Positions 57,267 to 64,000 of a stretch of DNA of 64,000 nt are shown here, piece by piece. This DNA is from a virus. The first letter of the stretch is position 1, and each line of letters opens with the position of its first letter. The stretch is taken from the IMG/VR virus record IMGVR_UViG_3300045988_114464, positions 32,001-96,000 of that record, one strand, 5' to 3'. Position numbers and translations under genes: made by a program. A model generated the notes under the pieces. That model saw nothing but the letters and a program-made list of their open reading frames with translations. It was not told the DNA's origin and did no database searches.

Positions 57267-57892
57267 TCAAAATTAAACTTATATACTCTTTTAACCCAAC
57301 TTAAAAAATCTTCTTTTGACATTGTACTTTTGGCTGTGTTACAATATTTGCAACAAGGAACTGTATTTGTGACAGTATAGCCTATGTTACTATCAATTCT
57401 GTCAATTCCATTGCATTTTACAACAGTATCAGAAAATAAACCGTCTGCTTTTGTTTCGTTTCTTCTATCATATAAAACTTTAGAATACTCTAACCCACAA
57501 TAATAACATGGCGATTTTGATTTTTTGATAAAATCTTCTATTGGCATAATTGTCCCATTAAATTTTTTGTGCCTTCTCATTAAATGGGAATATTGAACTT
57601 TGAAAATGGCGTATTCTCTATCTTCAAATAACCCAAATTGATTTCCTCTTTTTTTAAGAAACTCGGTTAGTAAGCATCCGCAACTTTTTGATTTTCCACT
57701 TGATAAATTATCGCCAACTACAATTTTTTGCTGACCGCAATCACATTGGCACAACCATGTATGTTTTCCCCTGTGGTCTTTACCCATGTGTTTTATTACT
57801 ACCAATCTTCCATATCTTTCACCCGTTCTGTCTCTAAATGCGCTCAATAATAAACCTGCTTTCTTTTTTATTGAGTTCAAGGCAATCGCCAT
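57263..57892 (-). CDS. HNH-type homing endonuclease (start uncertain)
   Basis: GERYGRLVVIKH..WLCQCDCG..SCGC at the N-terminus and CNGIDRIDSNIGYT..NTVPCCKYCNTAK at the C-terminus match a common phage HNH family. Confidence 0.65.
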   Translation of the reverse strand: MAIALNSIKKKAGLLLSAFRDRTGERYGRLVVIKHMGKDHRGKHTWLCQCDCGQQKIVVGDNLSSGKSKSCGCLLTEFLKKRGNQFGLFEDREYAIFKVQYSHLMRRHKKFNGTIMPIEDFIKKSKSPCYYCGLEYSKVLYDRRNETKADGLFSDTVVKCNGIDRIDSNIGYTVTNTVPCCKYCNTAKSTMSKEDFLSWVKRVYKFNFE

Positions 57893-57908
57893 TCTTAATA
57901 TCAATCAT
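57834..57908 (-). pseudogene. 5' remnant of the same methyltransferase gene (24 codons)
   Basis: MIDIKNGDCLELNKKE is the typical N-terminus of PF01555-like MTases and has a good RBS (TAGGAG). The frame stops after 24 codons and overlaps the HNH ORF. Confidence 0.5.
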
Positions 57909-57939
57909 TATTATTCTCCTATTTAACTTAAAGTTAATT

Positions 57940-58460
57940 TCACTTCTTCTGAATTTCTTCAAAGACAATCTGCTTTGGTAACATCTTGTGGCACACATAC
58001 GCACTACTGAAAGGTGGGTTAAGGCTTGGCTTTTGGTCTGCGTAGTCCTTGAAGTAAGCAACTCTGCGGTTAAGGTACATGATTTCAAACTCATTGTTCT
58101 TAAATATATCGAACCTTCGCTGAGATTCAAACAAGCCTACAACACCCACCAGCATTGCGAACGGCTTGCCAATTTCAAACAGTCGTTCCAACACTTCTGT
58201 CTTGACGCTATAAGGTGGATTGCTGATAATCATGTCACACTGTGGTATTGGCATTGTGAAAAAGTCCTGACCATTATCAATGTGCGTACAGATTACCTTG
58301 TTGCCCTGTGCTTTAAGCATTTTAACGAAGTGTGATTCTTCTGTATCAAAAGGACACCATACCGTCAGTTGGGGGGGGCATAAGCCAAGATAGGCTTAAC
58401 GGCATAGGGCGGTGTGTAGAAGTTATCGTTGCCAGAGCCAGCTACTTTATCCATTTTCAT
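57940..58460 (-). CDS. small N6-adenine DNA methyltransferase (NPPY), frameshifted at a C8 tract
   Basis: The N-terminus MKMDKVAGSGNDNFYTPPYAVKPILAYAPP (ATG 58460) stops at 58365. The body ..LTVWCPFDTEESHFVKMLKAQGNKV...MIISNPPYS.. is in another frame. C9 or C6 would fuse them. Confidence 0.7.
58371..58378. repeat. homopolymer G8 (C8 on the coding strand)
   Basis: Counted directly; located at codons 28-30 of the NPPY MTase gene. Confidence 0.95.
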
Positions 58461-58473
58461 GATTGTTCTCTCC

Positions 58474-58929
58474 TTACTTAATCTCAATAATTTTTTCTGC
58501 ATCGCTCATCGTCATATCATTGGAAACGCGTTTAACATAAAAGAAATACTTCTTTGCGCCATCCTTTACTTTGTAGACGATAAAGATATAATTTTGTCCA
58601 AGAACAAATGGCTCATCGTCTGTGTATTGAATGGTTTGGCTAACAACTTGTTCGTCAATGATTTCAGCGTGAGCGTCTAACCATGCTGAATCAATTTCTT
58701 CTACACAACAAGCGGGATAAGAAAAATTTTCTGTACCATTATAATAAGTGGTATAGTTAACAAATTTACCGTTATTATCCTTCTTGGCTTCTACAATATG
58801 CCCCCAATCTCCATATTGAGGAAGGATACCGAGAATAAAATCAATACCGTCTACAGTGTCTACAAGTCTTTCGTCAAATTCTTTGGCGCTTTTCAGCGCT
58901 TCTTCCCAAGGCTTAATATAAACTTTCAT
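58474..58929 (-). CDS. hypothetical protein, paralog A
   Basis: MKVYIKPWEEALKSAKE..GDWGHI..YPACCVEEI..WLD.H aligns with the next gene. Confidence 0.55.
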   Translation of the reverse strand: MKVYIKPWEEALKSAKEFDERLVDTVDGIDFILGILPQYGDWGHIVEAKKDNNGKFVNYTTYYNGTENFSYPACCVEEIDSAWLDAHAEIIDEQVVSQTIQYTDDEPFVLGQNYIFIVYKVKDGAKKYFFYVKRVSNDMTMSDAEKIIEIK

Positions 58930-58941
58930 AGCGTCCTCTCC

Positions 58942-59400
58942 TTAGTTAATTTCTCTAAAATCTTCTACAGTTTCTTCGCAACCGTTATACGAAATACAAT
59001 AAACATAAAAGAAATAAGCGTGTCTTGCGTCCATAGCCTTGTAAATCGTGATGTGGTGGGTTTCGTAACTTTCAAAGTTATCGTCCCATGCATCTGTGGT
59101 GAATACTTCTTCGCTAAACTTACTTGCGTGCTCTTCAAGCCAATTTGGTGTGATTTCTTCTACGCAACAAGCATCATAACTAAAACCTATATCTTTAGAC
59201 CGAGAATGCACTACGGTATAAGAAGTGTATTCATCATCACTGTTTTTCGTAACCGTGCAAATATGTCCCCAATCGCCCATGCGTCGAGAAACGCCCAAAA
59301 TTTCCGCACGGTCAGGAAAGAAGTTTACAAACCCTTCATGCTTCTTGGCTTCTTTCAGTGCTTCAACCCACGGTTTGATATATACTTTCATAGTTTCCAT
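58942..59400 (-). CDS. hypothetical protein, paralog B
   Basis: I prefer the start METMKVYIKPWVEALKEAKK after AAGGAGG. It shares GDWGHI, ACCVEEI and WLEEH with paralog A. Confidence 0.55.
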   Translation of the reverse strand: METMKVYIKPWVEALKEAKKHEGFVNFFPDRAEILGVSRRMGDWGHICTVTKNSDDEYTSYTVVHSRSKDIGFSYDACCVEEITPNWLEEHASKFSEEVFTTDAWDDNFESYETHHITIYKAMDARHAYFFYVYCISYNGCEETVEDFREIN

Positions 59401-59471
59401 AATAAAACCTCCTTGATTTGATACTATTGTACCATTCTCAAGGAGGTCTGTCAAGCATTTATTTTAAGTTT

Positions 59472-59819
59472 TTAGAGAGAATTATAGCCAGAATTTTGTT
59501 TAGTTAAATATTGAAGCCCTTCTGATAGCGCTTCAAACATCATCTCTGCGTCATCAGTTGTCCAATATTCATCACGAATTTTATATTTAACAACACAATC
59601 TGCTCCATAATTTTTTAGAGCGTCTTTGAATTGCTTCGCTAATTCTTCGCCATATACCGCTGGTTCTCCCATAATGGTTTTCACGCCATCTTTAGGTACA
59701 GAAACATAGTATGTTCCAGATAGATAGTTGTTAGGTTCTTGCTGTATATAAAGTCCCATTATATTTGCTTTTATAGCAGTGGTGGCAAACTCTAAATCTT
59801 TTTGTTGCTTTTCGTTCAT
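59472..59819 (-). CDS. hypothetical protein
   Basis: A co-oriented ORF. Confidence 0.5.
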   Translation of the reverse strand: MNEKQQKDLEFATTAIKANIMGLYIQQEPNNYLSGTYYVSVPKDGVKTIMGEPAVYGEELAKQFKDALKNYGADCVVKYKIRDEYWTTDDAEMMFEALSEGLQYLTKQNSGYNSL

Positions 59820-59822
59820 TGC

Positions 59823-62057
59823 TTAGTTCTCCTTCAGCATATCTTTCAGCCAAGTATCTCGTGTAGTTTCTTCTTGTACTTCTAACGCATCTCTCAACAC
59901 ATCTACATCGCTAATAACAATTAACTTATCACGAGAACGTGTCATAGCTACATAGCATAAGTTGCGAGATAGTAGACGCTTATGTGCTTGGTCGGCAAGG
60001 AAAATTACCGCCTTTGCACTCGACCCTTGGCTCTTATGTGTAGAAATACAATAGCCCAAAATCAAGTTTCTAAGGTCAGCACCTTCATATACACCGTAGC
60101 CATTCTCAAATTCAACAATAAGAGCATAACCCTTATCAGTTTCCATAACTTCGCGCACATAACCAATATCACCATTCATTACTTCGATAGGGAAAGAAGA
60201 GCTAAAAGAACCTTCATCATTCAGCGCAACAGCGGTCATGCGATAATTGTTCTTGGTGTTTAGTACCTTATCGCCCCACTTAAACTGAATCTTACCACCC
60301 TTATTGTTATCTTCGTATTCAACAGGCGTATAGTCTCTATCATTGAAATGCGCTTGGATAGCACGATTGATTGCCACTGAGCCAGCTTCACCCTTGTTAA
60401 ACGGCGAAAGAATCATAATATCGTCCTTAGTATATCCTTCATCGAGCAAATGCTGATATTCTGTCATCACTTGCTTAATAGGATTTGAAATCGGCTCAAA
60501 TTCATAATCGTCATACTTTTCTGCTATATGGTCAATATTACCGTTACGAGTATCAGTTGCAATCGTGATTAGACCGCTTGTAGAATAGCGAAAAATCTTG
60601 TTTAGACTTGCTACTGGTACAATTCCACTATTGATAACATCAACGATAAAATTGCCACATTGAATAGATGCTAACTGTGCAGGGTCGCATACAAATACAA
60701 GTTTGCATTTATAGCCGACCTTTTTGAGAAGTTGTGCCATAAGGTGTACGCTTACCATTGAACTCTCGTCTACAATAACGACACCACGATACTGCATACA
60801 CTGACCTTCTTGTTCATCCATGCTATGCTGTGCAAGAAAACGATGAATAGTAGAAGCCTTACGCCCTGTGCTATTAGCCAATACTTTACTTGCAATACCA
60901 GTAGGTGCTAATAACATATAGTCTACACACATATCTTCTAACATACGAACAAGCGCTTTGGTAGACGCTGACTTACCCGAACCACTATAACCACGAAGGA
61001 CGCAAATATTCTGCTCCCAAGTATTATAAAGCACTTGCATCTGCTCATCGGTACACTTAAAGCCGTCAACTTCTCTGAACTTTTCAAAGTCTGGCTCGTT
61101 CATAGTGTATTCTGTTTCAAAGATATTACCTTGTAGTAGTCTATCCTTAATATGTTTTGCAATCGTTTCTTCGGCTTCATAAGTATCAATCAACGCCGAA
61201 TAACCAGTAGTTTCATCGTGATGAATAAAACGGCAACCGTTTACTACTTCTGGAATGTACTCTTTGCACTCTGGAATCATTTCTTCTGCCATATAACCGA
61301 GAACTTCTGCTTCAATGCGCGTATCGCCTTCAAGTTCGTTCTCATGTAGAATATTAACACAGCCATATTCACAGCGAAGTTTGCTGTTTTTTAGGTCAGG
61401 ATAGCGCTTCAACACCTCTCTATCGCTCTTAGCAAACGACCAGTTAATAACATCGTGATAAATACGGTAAGGATTTTCTTCAAAGTCTTGCTGAAGCAGT
61501 TCTGGACTTGCGTATTTGTCCGAAAGTTTCTGTACATCTTTGTCTTGTGTGATACCCAATTCAGCGCAAACGGGGAAGAAAAGGATGGATTCAAGGTTCT
61601 TCTTAATTTTATCAATATACATTTCAACGCGAACCTTGCCTACGTTATAAATGTTATGATAATCAATATCTTCTTCTTCACCGCGCAACACCATCTGAAC
61701 AAAGTGAGGATATGCTTCATGCACACGTTCGGCTTGAATATATTCCATCATCGTGCTAAGAATAGATATTTCTTTTTCTTCTTCGACTACAATCTCATCT
61801 TTTTCCATCTTTAGACCCGGATAACCGACAAGAATATAACTTGCTGGACGTTTGGCGTTCTGATTAGGGCGAATAGTAATTTCAACTTCATCGCCTTCCT
61901 TAAAGCCAAACAGATTGCTACCAGAGATAGAGAAGCCACCCCACTTATCAAGTTCCATATTATAGTTTCCAATGGGTTTACAGCCCAAAATACGGAACTC
62001 ATCAAGATAATTGACGAATACTTGCTTTCTAATTTTGCATTTAACGTCTAATGCCAT
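59823..62057 (-). CDS. RecD/Dda-like SF1 DNA helicase
   Basis: It has Walker A GYSGSGKSAST, Walker B VVIVDESSMV, VFVCDPAQL, ISTHKSQGSSAKAVIF and YVAMTRSRDKLIVI. I prefer the MALDVK start after GGAGG. Confidence 0.8.
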   Translation of the reverse strand: MALDVKCKIRKQVFVNYLDEFRILGCKPIGNYNMELDKWGGFSISGSNLFGFKEGDEVEITIRPNQNAKRPASYILVGYPGLKMEKDEIVVEEEKEISILSTMMEYIQAERVHEAYPHFVQMVLRGEEEDIDYHNIYNVGKVRVEMYIDKIKKNLESILFFPVCAELGITQDKDVQKLSDKYASPELLQQDFEENPYRIYHDVINWSFAKSDREVLKRYPDLKNSKLRCEYGCVNILHENELEGDTRIEAEVLGYMAEEMIPECKEYIPEVVNGCRFIHHDETTGYSALIDTYEAEETIAKHIKDRLLQGNIFETEYTMNEPDFEKFREVDGFKCTDEQMQVLYNTWEQNICVLRGYSGSGKSASTKALVRMLEDMCVDYMLLAPTGIASKVLANSTGRKASTIHRFLAQHSMDEQEGQCMQYRGVVIVDESSMVSVHLMAQLLKKVGYKCKLVFVCDPAQLASIQCGNFIVDVINSGIVPVASLNKIFRYSTSGLITIATDTRNGNIDHIAEKYDDYEFEPISNPIKQVMTEYQHLLDEGYTKDDIMILSPFNKGEAGSVAINRAIQAHFNDRDYTPVEYEDNNKGGKIQFKWGDKVLNTKNNYRMTAVALNDEGSFSSSFPIEVMNGDIGYVREVMETDKGYALIVEFENGYGVYEGADLRNLILGYCISTHKSQGSSAKAVIFLADQAHKRLLSRNLCYVAMTRSRDKLIVISDVDVLRDALEVQEETTRDTWLKDMLKEN

Positions 62058-62126
62058 AAATAAGACCTCCGTTCTTGCGATTATTGTACCATAGAACGAA
62101 GGTCTTGTCAAGCATTTTATTCGATT

Positions 62127-62312
62127 TTATTCTTCTTCTCGTCTAAATTGTTCAATCCAATCAATGTAATTCTTCCAACCACACCGAGGACAATAAACTA
62201 CACGATAATCTATAAGAGAAAACCAGTTGTCTTTAACCTTCCAATCAATCGTATCTTCATCGACTTCAAAGTTTTTATGACAACATTCGCAGTTTACCTT
62301 TAGAATAGCCAT
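62127..62312 (-). CDS. hypothetical zinc-ribbon protein
   Basis: CECCHK...CPRCG. Confidence 0.45.
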   Translation of the reverse strand: MAILKVNCECCHKNFEVDEDTIDWKVKDNWFSLIDYRVVYCPRCGWKNYIDWIEQFRREEE

Positions 62313-62314
62313 AA

Positions 62315-62638
62315 TTACACCTCTTGGTCTACAATCTCGATAATCTCTTGCAAAGTGTCTAAAGCAGTTTGAGATTGTCGTACTCTCCCCAGTCCAGAAA
62401 TACGCTGAACAATTTCCTTAATATCCATAAGAGCACGCTGAGCCGATTCAAGGTTTGCTTCATAAGATTCAAGTTCATACTTGGTAGCGTCTAAATCGTC
62501 TTGAACGTTAATAGGCTCTATGCAATTCTTGAGTTCTCTAAGAAAATCGCCACCCATATATTGATGAATATAATAGTAGCAATCTTCAAGGTCTTGAATA
62601 ATTGCTTGACCACCATTCTTAATTGGTGTTACTGTCAT
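62315..62638 (-). CDS. hypothetical protein
   Basis: I prefer the MTVTPIKNGG start after GGAGGTG. Confidence 0.45.
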   Translation of the reverse strand: MTVTPIKNGGQAIIQDLEDCYYYIHQYMGGDFLRELKNCIEPINVQDDLDATKYELESYEANLESAQRALMDIKEIVQRISGLGRVRQSQTALDTLQEIIEIVDQEV

Positions 62639-62823
62639 TGTTTCACCTCCGTTCTCCTGTTCCATGCTTCAATTACTTTTTCAACAGCACTGGTTTTATA
62701 GCATTCACTATCCACCAAAATTTTAGAAGAAGCGCGACATTTAGTACAAAGCACTCTTACGCCGTCATTTACAAACAGCCTTGCTTCTCCACCACAAAAA
62801 GGACAAGATTTAAGTTCAATCAT
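62635..62823 (-). CDS. Lar-family restriction alleviation-like zinc-ribbon protein
   Basis: LKSCPFCGGEARLF...VLCTKC...VIEAWNRR matches the Lar_restr_allev pattern as I recall it. Confidence 0.55.
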   Translation of the reverse strand: MIELKSCPFCGGEARLFVNDGVRVLCTKCRASSKILVDSECYKTSAVEKVIEAWNRRTEVKQ

Positions 62824-62825
62824 TG

Positions 62826-63020
62826 TTAAATATATCCCCTATTCTTCTTTTTAGCTTCGATGTTTGCCATTACTTCTGATAATTCAAAAGCGTCTATGCA
62901 ACAGTTCCAACTATCTGCACCAAACGAACGTAAAATACAGTTCTGGCAACATGATTGTTCTTCGCAGAATGTGCCAATGGTTTCAACAGCTTCTAATAAT
63001 TTTTTATTGCTGATTGCCAT
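62826..63020 (-). CDS. hypothetical protein
   Basis: A small coupled ORF. Confidence 0.4.
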   Translation of the reverse strand: MAISNKKLLEAVETIGTFCEEQSCCQNCILRSFGADSWNCCIDAFELSEVMANIEAKKKNRGYI

Positions 63021-63270
63021 TTTCTTTATCTTCCTTAATCGTTACACGAAGTTCAACTACTCGACCGTCTTTGAGTGTCCACTCCCATCCACTTGATGAT
63101 GCTTTAGAGCAACCAAAACCACCAAGTAGTTCCATTACCATATGGTCACGAACGGCTTGAATTGCTTCTTCAGTAACGTCTGACTTGTTACGCCACAAGG
63201 ATTTGTTCTTTGGCTCAAGCGTTCCTGCATAAATACCGAAAGCACCACAGCCAACATGATATTCAGCCAT
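63004..63270 (-). CDS. hypothetical protein
   Basis: A small coupled ORF. Confidence 0.4.
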   Translation of the reverse strand: MAEYHVGCGAFGIYAGTLEPKNKSLWRNKSDVTEEAIQAVRDHMVMELLGGFGCSKASSSGWEWTLKDGRVVELRVTIKEDKENGNQQ

Positions 63271-63541
63271 CTTTTTTACCTCCGCTCATCTTTGCCCCGC
63301 AGTTGGGGCAGTAAGGCTTGTCGTACTCTTGCGAAAAATTTCGACAATGGGTGCATTGCTCTTCATAGTTTCCCGTTTCCAGATTGAACCGTCCCGCGCC
63401 CCATTCTCCATACACTACTGGCACAACGTCAGCAGTAGGAATTTTATCAAGGAAATCTTGAATATCCTGTCTTGTCTTAAAAGCGCGTCTTGGTAATACT
63501 TCTGTTACAGCGTCACATTCAATATCTACATATCGTGCCAT
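63263..63541 (-). CDS. hypothetical zinc-ribbon protein
   Basis: CTHCRN...CPNCGAKM. Confidence 0.45.
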   Translation of the reverse strand: MARYVDIECDAVTEVLPRRAFKTRQDIQDFLDKIPTADVVPVVYGEWGAGRFNLETGNYEEQCTHCRNFSQEYDKPYCPNCGAKMSGGKKDG

Positions 63542-63605
63542 GCTTTATTCCTCCTTCGGCTCATAACCGTATCTGTAACTTTGTAACTCCATTGTACCAT
63601 CATCT

Positions 63606-64000
63606 TCATTGATTGTCAAGATTTTTTGTAGCTTGTGTATGCTTTATTGGTGTTTCAAAAGCACTCTCTACAGACCATTTAAGGCGTACTATACGATTAT
63701 AAATAGCATTATAAGGAAGATTTAACTCTTTGCACCATTGTGATAAGTTTTGGGTAGTTTCTTTGTATACTAACTTATGATTAGTCTGTCTATTATTTGC
63801 TTGCATTGTTCGGTCAGTCCAACGGCAATTATTTGGCTCATAATTTCCATTGTTATCAATACGGTCGATAGTAAGCCCTTCTTGATAGCCATTTTTTATA
63901 GACCATCTATAAAACATTTCAAATGAATTGAGCCAATCGTCACAGATTGTAATTCCTCTGCCACCATATCTATTATAATTTTCAGCGTTGGGATTGTAAC
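63606..64000 (-). CDS. HNH/AP2-type homing-endonuclease-like protein (5' end beyond the window)
   Basis: The frame stays open upstream of the track's Met to base 64000 (..YNPNAENYNRYGGRGITICDDW..). The motif TIDRIDNNGNYEPNNCRW..QANN is present. Confidence 0.6.
   Translation of the reverse strand, partial: YNPNAENYNRYGGRGITICDDWLNSFEMFYRWSIKNGYQEGLTIDRIDNNGNYEPNNCRWTDRTMQANNRQTNHKLVYKETTQNLSQWCKELNLPYNAIYNRIVRLKWSVESAFETPIKHTQATKNLDNQ

Noticed and set aside
58798-59421. A 207-aa plus-strand ORF, and similar overlaps such as 39282-39791 (-)
   Set aside because: These are antisense to well-packed, paralog-supported or structural genes. They have no RBS and no recognisable motifs.
1-64000. The partial genes at the two window ends are in a compatible frame if the ends are joined (..WFRAPK + R + YNPNAENYNRYGGRGI..), suggesting a circular 64-kb unit
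   Set aside because: Frame compatibility has a one-in-three chance. No DNA polymerase, primase or lysis genes are in the window, so the genome is probably larger. The point cannot be tested from this window alone.

Overview
The window reads as an almost gene-saturated segment of a tailed dsDNA phage with Firmicutes-style signals: AAGGAGG ribosome-binding sites, TTGACT-N17-TGnTAYAAT promoters, frequent TTG starts and low GC. All calls come from reading ORF translations and DNA by eye; no database search was run. A divergent promoter and inverted-repeat region at about 2100-2860 separates two arms. The rightward arm (2871-44117, + strand) encodes a YonO/QDE-1-like single-subunit RNA polymerase, a metallophosphoesterase, terminase, portal, protease-scaffold, capsid, tail tube, a tape measure of about 2200 aa, baseplate and several fibre genes. 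The leftward arm (44168-64000 and 1-2096, - strand) encodes nucleotide metabolism (NrdD/NrdG, dUTPase, a ThyX-like protein, a 5'-nucleotidase), a RecD-like helicase, three DNA methyltransferases, a Lar-like protein, an SprT-like protease and many small ORFs. No integrase, repressor, tRNA, rRNA, CRISPR array, DNA polymerase or lysis cassette was recognised. Four things stand out. (1) The three methyltransferase genes each contain an 8-nt G/C homopolymer near the 5' end and each is out of frame; these are the only runs of 8 nt or more in the window, so they look like phase-variable loci. One of them also has a duplicated 5' end that supplies two start codons in different frames. (2) Four genes appear split by T4 td-like group I introns: major capsid, tail tube, tape measure and nrdD. 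Two introns carry paralogous Vsr/DUF559-like endonuclease genes in different loops, one carries an HNH gene, and one carries a 58-aa hydrophobic ORF with its own promoter. (3) The YonO-like RNA polymerase heads the structural operon. (4) Seven homing-endonuclease-type genes lie in 64 kb, one of them inside the remnant of a fourth methyltransferase gene. Intron splice junctions are approximate, about +/-15 nt.
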